Shown piece by piece: positions 10,656-21,232 of a stretch of DNA of 64,000 bases. Position numbers and translations under genes: made by a program. How positions within the stretch are numbered: the first letter of the stretch is position 1; each line of letters starts with the position of its first letter. Source of the stretch: Nitrosopumilus sp. (lineage in GTDB: Archaea > Thermoproteota > Nitrososphaeria > Nitrososphaerales > Nitrosopumilaceae); contig CBDBLO010000002.1 of the NCBI GenBank assembly GCA_965207075.1, positions 1,536,001 to 1,600,000 on the forward strand, read 5' to 3'. The notes under the pieces were generated by a model. The model was not told the origin of the DNA. It saw only the letters and a list, made by a program, of their open reading frames with translations, and did no database searches.

Positions 10656-11051
10656 CTATTTCGGGTGCGAGCACAGCTCGGCAAGCACGCCGCACAGCGA
10701 CTTTGGGTGCACGAACGTCACCATGGTGCCCTCCGAGCCGGGCCTGACGTCCCCCAGGAACCTGACCCCCGCGTCCTTCATGCGGCCCACCTCGCCCTCT
10801 ATATCGGAGGTCTCAAGGGCGACGTGGTGCAGCCCCTGCCCGCGCGTATCGAGGAACTTTTTGATCGGGCTCGAGTCGCCCACCGGCTGCATCAGCTCTA
10901 TGCGCCCGTTCTCCATGCGGATTATCCCCACGCGGACGCCCTCCGACTCCACGGTCTCAAACTCGACGGAGTCGGCCCCCAGCGCCTCCTTGTAGGTGCG
11001 CGCGGCCTCGTCCAGATCGTTTACTGCGATTGCCACGTGGTCTATCCTCAT
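10656..11051 (-). CDS. mce: Methylmalonyl-CoA epimerase
   Basis: RIDHVAIAV, GLHHVA, FVHPKS..GVLAEL VOC-fold motifs; adjacent to the mutase. Confidence 0.93.
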   Translation of the reverse strand: MRIDHVAIAVNDLDEAARTYKEALGADSVEFETVESEGVRVGIIRMENGRIELMQPVGDSSPIKKFLDTRGQGLHHVALETSDIEGEVGRMKDAGVRFLGDVRPGSEGTMVTFVHPKSLCGVLAELCSHPK

Positions 11052-11057
11052 GTCCAG

Positions 11058-12683
11058 TCAGAACACCTCCTTTGGCTCGTACTGCCCGAACACTTCCCTA
11101 AATGCGTTGCTTATCTCCCCGGTGGTGGCCGACGCCCTTGCCGCGTCGATGATGTACGGCATCAGGTTCGCGCCGCGGTCCTCGGCCGCCTCGGACAGGG
11201 CCGACATGGACCTGGACCACCGGCCCGCGTCCCTGGACGCCCGGAGCTGCTTGAGATCCTTCTTCTGCTGGCGCTCCACCTTGAGCCCGACCCGGAGCAG
11301 ATCCGGCTGCCTCTCGTCCGGATCCTCGTACCGGTTGACCCCGACCACGACGCGCTCGCCGTCGTCGGCCTCCTTTTTGAGCCTGTATGCATTCTGCCTT
11401 ATCTCGGACTGGAAGAAGCCGCGCTCGATCGCCCGGACGGAGCCGCCCATCTTACGTATCCTTCTGAGGTACTTCCACACCGCATCCTCCATCTTGGAGC
11501 AGAGATCCTCCAGGTAGTACGAGCCGGCCATCGGATCCACCGTCTTTGTGACGCCCGACTCGTGGGCCACGATCTGCTGCGTGCGCAGTGCAATCTTGGC
11601 CGACTCCTGCGTCGGAAGCGCAAGCGCCTCGTCGCGCGAGTTCGTGTGGAGCGACTGGGTGCCACCCATGACGGCCGCCATGGTCTGGATCGCCACCCGG
11701 ACTATGTTGTTGTCAGGCTGCTGCGCCGTCAGCGACTCGCCGCTTGTCTGGGTGTGAAACTTTAGCTGCAGCGACTTTGGGTTTCTCGCGTGGAACACCT
11801 CCCTGAGGATCTTGGCGTACACGGTGCGGGCCACCCTGAACTTTGCCACCTCCTCAAAGAACTCTATCGTGCAGCAGAAGAAGAACGACAGCCTCGGGGC
11901 AAAGTCGTCAATCTTCAGCCCGCGCTCAAGGCAGGTCTCGATGTATGCGATTGCGTTGGCAAGCGTAAAGGCGACCTCCTGCGTGGCGGTGCACCCCGCC
12001 TCCCTCATGTGATACCCGGATATCGATACCGGATACCACGAGGGCACCTCCCTGGCGCAGTACTCGATCATGTCCCCGATGAGCCGCATCGACGGGGCCG
12101 GCGGGTAGATGTACGTGTTCCTTGCAATGTACTCCTTGAGTATGTCGTTCTGCGTGGTGCCGCGCAGCTGCGCGGGCTCAAAGCCCTGGGATTCGCCCAC
12201 CGCGATATAGTATGCAAGCAGGGTGGACGCGGTAGAGTTTATCGTCATGGACGTGCTGACCTTGCCGAGGGGTATGCCGTCAAACGCCCGGAGCATGTCC
12301 CGCACGGACGTGATCGAGACGCCGACTTTGCCGACCTCGCCCTCGGCCTGCGGGGAGTCGGAGTCGTATCCGATCTGGGTGGGAAGATCAAAGGCCATGC
12401 TGAGTCCGGTCTGCCCCTTCTCCAGCATGAACTTGAAGCGCTCGTTTGTCAGTTTGGCATCCCCGAACCCGGAATACTGCCGCATGGTCCACAGCCTGTC
12501 GCGGTACATTCCAGGGTGTATTCCGCGTGTGAAGGGGTACCGGCCCGAGTCCCCTGCCGCTGCGGTAATGCCGCTTTTCTTGCGCGAGTAGATGCGCTTG
12601 ACCTCAAAGTTTGAGTCTGTAAAGGGGTTTGGGGCAGCCGCCTTCTTGTCGCCCCGTTTTGCCGTGGCTCCCGCTGCCATCAC
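11058..12683 (-). CDS. Methylmalonyl-CoA mutase, large (substrate-binding) subunit
   Basis: YPFTRG, WTMRQYSGFG, AFDLPTQIGYDSD, QNDILKEY, GGTQSLHTN; no DxHxxG B12 domain. Confidence 0.95.
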   Translation of the reverse strand: MMAAGATAKRGDKKAAAPNPFTDSNFEVKRIYSRKKSGITAAAGDSGRYPFTRGIHPGMYRDRLWTMRQYSGFGDAKLTNERFKFMLEKGQTGLSMAFDLPTQIGYDSDSPQAEGEVGKVGVSITSVRDMLRAFDGIPLGKVSTSMTINSTASTLLAYYIAVGESQGFEPAQLRGTTQNDILKEYIARNTYIYPPAPSMRLIGDMIEYCAREVPSWYPVSISGYHMREAGCTATQEVAFTLANAIAYIETCLERGLKIDDFAPRLSFFFCCTIEFFEEVAKFRVARTVYAKILREVFHARNPKSLQLKFHTQTSGESLTAQQPDNNIVRVAIQTMAAVMGGTQSLHTNSRDEALALPTQESAKIALRTQQIVAHESGVTKTVDPMAGSYYLEDLCSKMEDAVWKYLRRIRKMGGSVRAIERGFFQSEIRQNAYRLKKEADDGERVVVGVNRYEDPDERQPDLLRVGLKVERQQKKDLKQLRASRDAGRWSRSMSALSEAAEDRGANLMPYIIDAARASATTGEISNAFREVFGQYEPKEVF

Positions 12684-12838
12684 TTCGTCTGCATACGACG
12701 GGTTTAAAAATCTAAGATCGTCGGCTGGCGCGGGTGCTGCAGCACGGGACGGGCACCGGAAGGGAGGGGGGCGGGGAGTAAGCGGCCAAGCCGCACGCGG
12801 GCACGCGTTGCAGGCGGCCGTAAAAGCCGGAAATCCGA

Positions 12839-13873
12839 CTAGGGGCGGCGGCGACTGCTGCTACTGCTGCTGCCAAGAAGCGATTCTGTAAGCCGGTCTG
12901 CGGCGTCAAGCGGGCTTGACTTGCCGGACGCGAGCCTCCCGATATACCTCTGCGCCGCCTTGTCAGAGTCTACCATCTCGTCCACCGCGGCGCGCACGTT
13001 TGACGTTATAATCTCCCGAAGCTCCGCGTCAAGCTTGGCGCGTCTCAGATCCCCCGTCTTTTGGGCCCTGGCCAGCGCGGCCATCTCCATCAGGGCCTTT
13101 GCGAACTTTGCAATCGTGGGACTGCGCTTTGTAGACGTCTTTAGCACCACGCGTCCGGGCACGAGTCTGGATCCCTTGCGGCCGCCGTGGGGGGCGGCGG
13201 CGGCGGTAGCAGCAGCATTGTCATTGCCGCTGCCGATCTCGGCCCTGTCAGCTATAAAGTCGCGCACCGCGTCGTACAGCCTGTCGGCCCCCTCCAAGTC
13301 GCACTTGTTCACCAGGTACATGTCCCCGATCTCAGTCAGCCCTGCCTTTATCGCCTGTATGCTGTCCCCCGTGTGCGGGTTGAACACGACCACCGTAACG
13401 TCCGCTATCGTGGATATCTCCACCTCGGTCTGTCCTGCCCCGACGCTCTCGATCATTATGGGATCAAACCCAGCGTACTCCAGCACGCGTATGCTGTTGC
13501 GCAGTGACGAGGAGACCGCCCCCGTCGCCCCCCTGGACGCGATGCTGCGGATGTACGTCCCCGAGTCGGCGGATTCCGCCATTCTGACGCGGTCTCCCAG
13601 GATGGCGCCGCCCGTGATGTGACTGGTGGGATCCACTGCAAGCACGGCCGGCTTGGCGCCCATGCGGTTCAGCGCGACCACGGTCTTGTTTATGAGGGAG
13701 CTCTTGCCGGCTCCCGCGGGCCCCGTTATGCCGATTATGACTGAGTCGCCCGTGTGCGGGAATATTTTTTTGATCAGCCTGCGCGCCCCGGCAGGGTCGT
13801 TCTCCACCAGCGAGATCGCCTTCGCGACTGCCTGGCGCCTTCCCTTTTTCAGGTCTGCCAGCATGCCGTCCAT
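12839..13873 (-). CDS. meaB: MeaB/ArgK mutase-associated GTPase
   Basis: GITGPAGAGKSS, AVDPTS..GGAILGDRVRM, ESVGAGQTE, NKCD. Confidence 0.93.
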   Translation of the reverse strand: MDGMLADLKKGRRQAVAKAISLVENDPAGARRLIKKIFPHTGDSVIIGITGPAGAGKSSLINKTVVALNRMGAKPAVLAVDPTSHITGGAILGDRVRMAESADSGTYIRSIASRGATGAVSSSLRNSIRVLEYAGFDPIMIESVGAGQTEVEISTIADVTVVVFNPHTGDSIQAIKAGLTEIGDMYLVNKCDLEGADRLYDAVRDFIADRAEIGSGNDNAAATAAAAPHGGRKGSRLVPGRVVLKTSTKRSPTIAKFAKALMEMAALARAQKTGDLRRAKLDAELREIITSNVRAAVDEMVDSDKAAQRYIGRLASGKSSPLDAADRLTESLLGSSSSSSRRRP

Positions 13874-14027
13874 GCAGTACACGCCAAGACACGGAATAAA
13901 ACTTGTAAGGACAGCGGGGGCGGGCGGGCGGGATCTCGCCGCGGCAGGCAGCCGCAGGGGCACCGGGGGCGCAGCCCCGACGCACGATACCAGTAAAACT
14001 AAAAAAACAACCAAAACAAGAGCAGGT

Positions 14028-14402
14028 ATGATCGAAAAGGACGATCTCGGCAAGGTGATGAGCTTTGTCGCAAGCAGGTGGGCCGCGGAGTCGAGGGATC
14101 CCGACTCAAAGCTGATGTCCGACCTGCCAAACGACTTTTGGATGAACTCGGTGGGGGGAAAGACCGCCAACGGGGGGTTCTGGGTCACATCCCTCATGTA
14201 CACGGAGAGCGAGGCCGACGCGGCTGCATTCAGGGAAGTACTGCTGAGGTGGCAGTCCCGCGGCAACAGCCGGAACGGCGCGGCGGCGGGAGGGGCGGGT
14301 GCAAGCTCGGGGCCGGACCTGATAAAGATAAGCAAGATGCGCAGCGGAAATAGCGGCGGAGGGGGCGGCGCAGAACCCCCCGGCCCGGAAAAAGAAGAGT
14401 AA
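14028..14402 (+). CDS. Hypothetical protein
   Basis: ATG after an A-rich promoter-like stretch; plausible protein sequence with a Gly-rich tail. Confidence 0.55.
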   Translation: MIEKDDLGKVMSFVASRWAAESRDPDSKLMSDLPNDFWMNSVGGKTANGGFWVTSLMYTESEADAAAFREVLLRWQSRGNSRNGAAAGGAGASSGPDLIKISKMRSGNSGGGGGAEPPGPEKEE

Positions 14403-14459
14403 CCGAGCCCGCCTGCGTCGGCAACATTTTTGACGGGCCCCCGCCACGAACCACCATAC

Positions 14460-16142
14460 ATGGCGCAGGACGGATTCACCGCGAAGGAGAGGCGGGCGCT
14501 TGTGGGCCACTTCTCGAACACCGACGGCAACGTCTTTGCCATCACGACCCCCCGCCAGGTTGACCGCGGGGCCCTGATGTCAAGGTACAGCCGCACCGCG
14601 AAGGGGATGCGCCGCGTGTTCCTAGACGAGTTCCTCTCAGACGACACGCGCGGGGAGAGGTTCTACGAGAGGGTGCTCGCAGAGTACGGCGACGACTCGG
14701 TCGCGGAACTCGGCGAGGCCCAGATAGCGATAGAGGGCCTCTCAAACATAGCGGTAAAGACCATACAGGACAGGAGGATAGGGCTCTCATACCTGGAAAA
14801 GTCGTCCAGGTACGTCACCTGGAACAAGAGAGACGGCGACGGCAGGTACATGTTTTACCGCGAACCGGCCATAATGGCATCCAGACATGCAGACACGTAC
14901 GAGGAGTCCTGCAACGCCTCCTTTGACGCGTACTCGGCCGCAGTCGACCCCATGCTGAAATACGTGAGGGAGAGGTACCCCATAGGGATGTACATGTTCA
15001 GGGACTCGAAGAGTGGCCAGGAAAAACCGTATGACAAGCTGAGGCTCGAGTCCGACGCCTCCGCTGCCAGGGGCATATACAACGGTTCCACGAGGGCAAA
15101 GGCGCTCGACATACTGAGGGGGCTGCTGCCGGCGGCCACCATGACAAACGTCGGCATCACGGGAAACGGGCGCGCATTCGAATACCTGCTGTCGATACTG
15201 GGATCGTCCGGCCTGGCCGAGGAGCGAGACATCGGGGCGGCGGTAAGAAAGGAGCTTGACGGCGTGATAGGCGCGTTCGTAAAGAGGTCAGACGGCAGGC
15301 ACGGCCGGGAGCTGCGCGCGTACCTTGAGCGCGCCAGGCGCGCCGCAAAGAGGGGGGCGGCAGAGGCGCGGATGGAACCCGCGGCGCGGCCGGCGGGGTG
15401 GCTCACTACACTCGCAGAGTACGACACGGAGGAAAAGGCAATCAACAAGATAGTCGCGTCGGCCATCTACGAGCACGCCGCCGGCGCGGGCCACACGTAC
15501 GGCGGCGCTCTGCGCCGCGCAAAGAGGATACCAATGGGGCAAAAGGAGCGCATCATAAACAGTATGGCCAGGCTCAGGTCAAACAGAAGGCACAGGCCAC
15601 CCAGGGCGTTTGAGGCCGCGCAGTACACGTTTGACCTGTGCAACAACTTTGGCATGTTCAGGGACATGCACAGGCACCGCATGCTGACCATGCACAGGCA
15701 GCTGCTAACGGCAAGGCACGGGTACAGCATCCCAGAAGAGATGGACGCCATAGGCATGGGCGACGCATACAGGGGGGCGCTTGACGGCTCCAAGGACGCG
15801 TTTGAGAGGATAGCCAAGAGGCACCCGGAGCAGGCGCAGTATGTAGTCAGCTTTGCGTACAACTATCCCTATATGATCAGGATGAACCTCAGGGAGGCGT
15901 GCCACATGATAGAGCTCAGGACCATACCGCAGGGGCATGCCGACTATAGGAGGGTGGCGCAGCAGATGTACATGCAGATCAGGAGGGTGCATCCGAGGCT
16001 CTGCAGGATAATCAGGTTTGTGGACCTCAAGGAGTATGACCTTGAGAGGTTCGAGTCGGAGAAGAGGACGTCAGATAAGAGGCGCGCCGCAGACGGGAGA
16101 AGCGGCGGCGGGCGCAGGCCGCACCCCAAAACCAACAAATAG
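14460..16142 (+). CDS. thyX: FAD-dependent thymidylate synthase (two-domain ThyX)
   Basis: [41 protein letters not shown] motifs. Confidence 0.9.
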   Translation: MAQDGFTAKERRALVGHFSNTDGNVFAITTPRQVDRGALMSRYSRTAKGMRRVFLDEFLSDDTRGERFYERVLAEYGDDSVAELGEAQIAIEGLSNIAVKTIQDRRIGLSYLEKSSRYVTWNKRDGDGRYMFYREPAIMASRHADTYEESCNASFDAYSAAVDPMLKYVRERYPIGMYMFRDSKSGQEKPYDKLRLESDASAARGIYNGSTRAKALDILRGLLPAATMTNVGITGNGRAFEYLLSILGSSGLAEERDIGAAVRKELDGVIGAFVKRSDGRHGRELRAYLERARRAAKRGAAEARMEPAARPAGWLTTLAEYDTEEKAINKIVASAIYEHAAGAGHTYGGALRRAKRIPMGQKERIINSMARLRSNRRHRPPRAFEAAQYTFDLCNNFGMFRDMHRHRMLTMHRQLLTARHGYSIPEEMDAIGMGDAYRGALDGSKDAFERIAKRHPEQAQYVVSFAYNYPYMIRMNLREACHMIELRTIPQGHADYRRVAQQMYMQIRRVHPRLCRIIRFVDLKEYDLERFESEKRTSDKRRAADGRSGGGRRPHPKTNK

Positions 16143-16169
16143 AATCACCGCACGGTAAGATTGCGCGCA

Positions 16170-16712
16170 ATGGACGACAACCAAGCATCATCATCATCAC
16201 CACCACCACCATCACCACCACCACCACCACCATCATCATCACCACCACCACCATCAAATAGGAAGCAAGAAGACAGCCACAGGAAGCCCCGTCGGGATCC
16301 AGGCGGCAGCAGCGCCCACGCAAGGACCCCGGACGAGTGGAAGAAGGTACTCGAGCCTGACAGGTACGAAGTGTGCATAAACCACGGGACGGAGCCGCCG
16401 TTTTCCGGCAGATACGACAGATACAGCCCCGATGGCAGGTACATGTGCGCCTGCTGCAGGGCAGAACTGTTCTCTTCCGACGCAAAGTTCGACTCGGGAT
16501 CTGGCTGGCCTAGTTTTTGGAGGCCCGCGTCTGATGGCAACATAGAGTACGTGCAGGACACCTCCTACGGCATGACGCGCACAGAGGTCAACTGCGGCAG
16601 GTGCGGGGCCCACCTCGGGCACGTCTTTGATGACGGGCCCGCGCCCACAAACCTCAGGTACTGTATCAACTCGCTCTCGCTGATACACGAAAGCGACTGC
16701 AGGGGCGGATGA
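16170..16712 (+). CDS. msrB: Peptide methionine (R)-sulfoxide reductase with an N-terminal Ser/Pro run
   Basis: GTEPPF, KFDSGSGWPSF, HLGHVFDDGP, RYCINS. Confidence 0.95.
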   Translation: MDDNQASSSSPPPPSPPPPPPSSSPPPPSNRKQEDSHRKPRRDPGGSSAHARTPDEWKKVLEPDRYEVCINHGTEPPFSGRYDRYSPDGRYMCACCRAELFSSDAKFDSGSGWPSFWRPASDGNIEYVQDTSYGMTRTEVNCGRCGAHLGHVFDDGPAPTNLRYCINSLSLIHESDCRGG

Positions 16713-16877
16713 CCGCTGCAGGGGCGGACTGCTACCAGTCTTGCCGCTGCAAAGGATCGGGACGGGCAAGCTGCGGTGAGCTGCTGAGGCCTGCAAAGAC
16801 GGCGGCCTGAAAGGACAAAAGGCACGTGCGCAACCGTTCGGCCTCCTCCCCCGCTGTGCGCCCGCCGCCCGGTCAAG

Positions 16878-19229
16878 TCAGCGGCAGACGAGCACTGCCG
16901 GCGTCTCCAAAGAGGGCTGCTGAACCCACGCATAGGAGCCGTCAGGGGAGGACCTGACCGTAAACGTGGTAAATGACAGGGGGGATTCCAGGTCCCCGGC
17001 CTCATTAAGTTGAAAGTCGCCCGTTATCCCGGTTCCCAGGTCGTGGTGACTGTCACGAAGCTGGTGCAGCGGATCCTGAATGTGCCCGTTGGCAACATCG
17101 GCAAAGATGTCCTTTACCGCCGCGTCCGTTGCAAAGGAGGTGATCACGGCGTCGCCGAGAATGTGTACGGCGTCATATGAAGTATGCAGGTACGGGCTGG
17201 GTGCTATGTCCGGATCCAGCCGCCTGAGCTGCTCGGTCAGGTGGTCCGTCTCGCCCGTCCCCGGGACGTGATATATCGAGCTAGTCAGGCCCACCGACTC
17301 AGCAAAGGCCGCCACGTCGGAGGCCAAAATGATGGAGGTGGAGGTCGTAATGCCGCCCGTGCCGTACCATGTTACCGTCCCGGCGTCGTCAAGGCCGGCG
17401 TCGGCCAGAATGGCCCTCACCAGATCTATAAAGTCCGCGTGAAACCCAACAAACAGGACGGCGATTCCGTCGGGACCCGCGCCCGGCGTTGCGTCCAAGG
17501 CGCCCTCCAGCTGCCGCGCGAGGCCGGCAAAGTCCACCGTGCCTATGTCGGCGCTGTACGTGACGGTGCCCGACACGGTTCCGGTGTAACTGTCGCGAAA
17601 CGCAGACACCATGTCGCGCCCCCACACGTCATCGCGCTGCACTATAACGACGTGCGTCTTGCCGTCGTCCGCAAGCGTCTGGGCTATGAACGGGGCCTGC
17701 TTTCTGTCGTCCGGAACGAGGCGGAAGAGGCTGTCACCGGGTATCGCCAGCTCGGGCGCGGTGGAGGACGGCGAGACCATGACAAGATCGTTGCTGTCGG
17801 CGTAGGGCAGCAGGGCCTTGGCGGCCGCGCTGGTGGTAGGCCCCACAAAGTAGTCGATCTGCTTGTTGACGTGCGCATCGGTTATCGCCGCCACGGGGTC
17901 GTCGTCTATCACGACCGGGGTCACAGTTACCTTGTAACCGCTGCCAAGCTCCAGCTGCTCCAGGTTGAAGTCGTTGGCGCCTATCTCCATGGCCTTTTGG
18001 CGGTTGACGTCGTTAAACGAGTCGGGATCAAGTAGGAGCAACATGCCTATCGTGATCTCGGCCTGGAGGAATCGATCCCACATGAACGTGCCGTCGTCCT
18101 CCTGCACGACCCGGTACGCCGTAAACGCGCTGGGCTCCCTGAGGTCCCCGGTAGCGTCCAGCCGGTAGTCGCCCAGGGCCCCCACGTGCCTGTCGGCGAC
18201 GTCGATAAAGCTGGCCGCTACACGCACGGGATCGTCGGCCCCGACGTGTTTGATGGCCTCCCCGATGATGCGAGCCGCGTCATAAGAGGTATAGACGTAC
18301 TGGTTGATCTCTCCGCGCACCCTGGAGGCGAGCCTGTCCTTGACGGACTTTGTAAGGTCCGACTCGGAGATGAAGAATATGGTTGCCGTCAGGTCCACCC
18401 TGTTGGCAAGCGGGCCCGCCACCTCATGCTCCACGATCAAGGGCTTGTTTGCCACCCCGTCGGCGCCGTACCACCTCACGTCAATCACGCTGTCCAGCGC
18501 CGGATCCTCGGACACCGCCTCAAACATGCGGATCAGATCACGCTCAAATCCCAGGTATAGCACGGCCGTGTTTATGTCCCGCGCCGTAAACGCATCCAGC
18601 GCGGCCTTTAGGTCCGCGGCCACCTGCGCGTGATCCTCCGCGGTATGGTCAAAGGGTATGCTGACAAACGTCACCTCGCCGTAATTTGCAGGAATGCCCT
18701 CGGCCAGTCCGCGTCCCCAGGCGTCGTCCCGGTATACCGTAACAATGTGCGTCTTCTCGTCTCCCCTTAGGATCTCGGCAACAAACGGGGCCTGCTTGGC
18801 GTCGGAGGGCGCGAGTCTAAACGTGGTGTCGCCCGCTATTGCAAGGCGCGCCGCCGTGGACGACGGCGACACTATAAGGATGTCGTTGTCGTCTGCGTAT
18901 TCGCGGACCAGCTCTACATTGCCGCTTCCCGTCGGCCCCACGTAGTATCTTGGCCCGTTGCCGTTGTCGTACGCCTGCTGCAGCGCGGCCAGCGGATCGT
19001 CTCCCAGGGAGTAGCTCGTGATGCTCAGCCTGTAGTCGGCGTTGGCCGCGTTAAAATCATCGACGGCGAGCTTCATGGCCTCGAACCGGTCGGCGTTGCT
19101 CGGCGCCTGTGTGAGGAGGGCACCTATCTCCACGGTAGTGGTCTGGGCATGCGCGTCATCCGTAGGAGTCACGAGCAGCAGAGGGATCGCAACGAGTGCC
19201 AAGAGTCCGATAACGGGCGCGCTCCGCAT
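16878..19229 (-). CDS. Secreted protein with two tandem type-1 periplasmic-binding (LivJ/branched-chain amino acid-like) domains
   Basis: Signal peptide ending AHA; duplicated GP(T/G)S..., VSPSSTA..LAI.GD..FRL.P.D.KQAPF, RDD.WGR and (T)SYDA motifs. Confidence 0.88.
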   Translation of the reverse strand: MRSAPVIGLLALVAIPLLLVTPTDDAHAQTTTVEIGALLTQAPSNADRFEAMKLAVDDFNAANADYRLSITSYSLGDDPLAALQQAYDNGNGPRYYVGPTGSGNVELVREYADDNDILIVSPSSTAARLAIAGDTTFRLAPSDAKQAPFVAEILRGDEKTHIVTVYRDDAWGRGLAEGIPANYGEVTFVSIPFDHTAEDHAQVAADLKAALDAFTARDINTAVLYLGFERDLIRMFEAVSEDPALDSVIDVRWYGADGVANKPLIVEHEVAGPLANRVDLTATIFFISESDLTKSVKDRLASRVRGEINQYVYTSYDAARIIGEAIKHVGADDPVRVAASFIDVADRHVGALGDYRLDATGDLREPSAFTAYRVVQEDDGTFMWDRFLQAEITIGMLLLLDPDSFNDVNRQKAMEIGANDFNLEQLELGSGYKVTVTPVVIDDDPVAAITDAHVNKQIDYFVGPTTSAAAKALLPYADSNDLVMVSPSSTAPELAIPGDSLFRLVPDDRKQAPFIAQTLADDGKTHVVIVQRDDVWGRDMVSAFRDSYTGTVSGTVTYSADIGTVDFAGLARQLEGALDATPGAGPDGIAVLFVGFHADFIDLVRAILADAGLDDAGTVTWYGTGGITTSTSIILASDVAAFAESVGLTSSIYHVPGTGETDHLTEQLRRLDPDIAPSPYLHTSYDAVHILGDAVITSFATDAAVKDIFADVANGHIQDPLHQLRDSHHDLGTGITGDFQLNEAGDLESPLSFTTFTVRSSPDGSYAWVQQPSLETPAVLVCR

Positions 19230-19534
19230 GTATGCCCGCGTATGTGAAAATTTTATAAAACTATTGGCAAGGGTTCCGCCTCCCGACCCGACCCGCGCAC
19301 GCCCGGGGTCCCTGCGGGCGGCGACATGGCGCGCCCATGGGAGCAGCGAGGGCAGGGTTGGCAGGAGCGGGGAGGGGAGCCAACTCGGTCACATATGGAG
19401 CGGCGCCAAGGATCAAAATCATAAAATAACTCGCAGGAGCCGTGTGGATCGGATTGTACAGGACATGCGCGGTGGCCCGTAATGCGTGCTCGGACTGCAG
19501 TGGTTTGCGCCGCGCCGGGGACAGGTGACACGGC

Positions 19535-20611
19535 ACGAGGATAATACTTTGCGGGTTTGGCGTGGTGGGGCAGAGCCTTGCAAGACTGTTCGAGTCAAGG
19601 GCCGACGACCTGTACATCGGGTACGGGCTAAAGCCGCGCATAGTGGCGGTGTCCGACAAAGGCGGCATGGCGTGCGACACGACGGGCCTGGACTGCGCGA
19701 GGCTCGTCAGAGCAAAGGAGCAGAAGGGGACGGTCGCGGCGTACGGCGGCGGTTCCAGCGGCAGGGACGGCGGGGCCCCGGGCAGCAACAGCAGCAACAG
19801 CAGCAACAGCAGCCCTACCGTCGCAGAGATGGCCGAGGCCGTATCCGGCGCGGACGTGCTTGTGGAGACCACCCCTAGCAATTACAAGGACGCCGAACCC
19901 GGCATGTCCAACATTACGGACGCAATGAAGAGGCGCATGCACGTGGTCTCGGTCAACAAGGGCCCCCTCGCGCTCGCGTTTCCGTCCCTAAACGAGCTCG
20001 CAGCGTACAACCGCGTAATGTTCAGGTTCAGCGGGACGGTGGGGGGCGGGACCCCGATACTCGACTATGCAAAGAACAGCCTGAGCGGGGAGCGCATAAC
20101 CTCATTTAGCGGCATACTCAACGGCACCACGAACTACATACTTTCTGCAATGGCAGAAGGCATGTCGCCAAAGGCCGCGCTGCAGGACGCGCGCAGCAAA
20201 GGGTACGTGGAGGCCGACGAGTCGCTTGATCTGGACGGCCTGGACGCGGCCGCAAAGCTGGTCATACTTGCAAACTGGGTCATGGGCATGAAGGTTACCA
20301 TGCCGGACGTGAGCTGCACCGGAATCCGCGGCGTCACGTCGGCAGACATCAAGAGGGCCGCAAAGAAGAACAGGGTCGTAAAGATGACGGCCGCCTGCGG
20401 CAACGACGCGCTGACGGTGGCGCCCGTTGCCATACCAAGGGACGATCCACTCTGCGTAAACGGCACGCTGAACGCGATATCGTTCACGTCGGAGCACTCG
20501 GGGACCCAGACCATAATAGGGCGCGGCGCCGGCGGGACGGAGACGGCAAGCGCCATACTCCGGGACCTGCTGTACATAAGGCAGGGCATCACCTCGGGGG
20601 CGTACGGTTGA
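19535..20611 (+). CDS. hom: Homoserine dehydrogenase (apparent ACG start)
   Basis: In frame from 19535: (T)RIILCGFGVVG Rossmann motif, NKGPLA, TVGGGTP, GILNGTTNYIL, DAAAKLVILAN, GRGAGG.ETASA. Confidence 0.93.
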   Translation, partial: TRIILCGFGVVGQSLARLFESRADDLYIGYGLKPRIVAVSDKGGMACDTTGLDCARLVRAKEQKGTVAAYGGGSSGRDGGAPGSNSSNSSNSSPTVAEMAEAVSGADVLVETTPSNYKDAEPGMSNITDAMKRRMHVVSVNKGPLALAFPSLNELAAYNRVMFRFSGTVGGGTPILDYAKNSLSGERITSFSGILNGTTNYILSAMAEGMSPKAALQDARSKGYVEADESLDLDGLDAAAKLVILANWVMGMKVTMPDVSCTGIRGVTSADIKRAAKKNRVVKMTAACGNDALTVAPVAIPRDDPLCVNGTLNAISFTSEHSGTQTIIGRGAGGTETASAILRDLLYIRQGITSGAYG

Positions 20612-21102
20612 AAAGATCGAACCTCGTATCAAAAAGCGAGACGGCGGCGATACTGGGCAGGATATCGGCCGAGTGGAAGGGCGCGTTTGCACCCGTACCC
20701 AAGATAAAGAACCTCAGGGTGCACGCACTTGAAGACGGCTCCCAGATAGTCACGGGCCCCGGCACCAGGATCGCAAGGACCAGGGACGGCCGCTACCTGC
20801 CACTCCTCACGGAGACCGGGCTGCTTGAGAGGTTCCCGCACGTTGTAGTCGACATGGGGGCCGTGCGGTTCGTATGCAAGGGGGCCAACCTGATGAGGCC
20901 CGGAATCACCAAGTTCGGGGAGTTTGAGAAAGGCGACATTGTCTGCATACGCGACGAGTCGCAGGGCAAGTATCTGGCAGTCGGGGTGGCAACAGCGTCA
21001 AGCAGTGACGCCGAGGCTGCCGAAAAGGGAGAGGTGTTAAAGAACCTCCACTACGTATCAGACGCGGTGTGGGAGGCCGCAAAGGAGATACGCGAGCAGT
21101 GA
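20608..21102 (+). CDS. PUA-domain RNA-binding protein (MCT-1/Tma20-like)
   Basis: VVVDMGAVRFVCKGANLMRPGI, KGEVLKNLHYVSD. Confidence 0.88.
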   Translation: MKRSNLVSKSETAAILGRISAEWKGAFAPVPKIKNLRVHALEDGSQIVTGPGTRIARTRDGRYLPLLTETGLLERFPHVVVDMGAVRFVCKGANLMRPGITKFGEFEKGDIVCIRDESQGKYLAVGVATASSSDAEAAEKGEVLKNLHYVSDAVWEAAKEIREQ

Positions 21103-21232
21103 CGCCGGGCCCCCATGGGGAGCAAGACGTGTTTTACCAAACCTGCAGCGATGGTCCGCGCCAGCGCCCCCTCCGTCGTCTCATAATTGCCCTGCACCTG
21201 ATCCCGGGCCGCCTTTTGCGCCCAAGGGGGCG

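Noticed and set aside
13874-14647. 602-aa MeaB with a long N-terminal extension
   Set aside because: The extension crosses an AT-rich divergent promoter region and overlaps + strand genes; it is a high-GC open-frame artefact.
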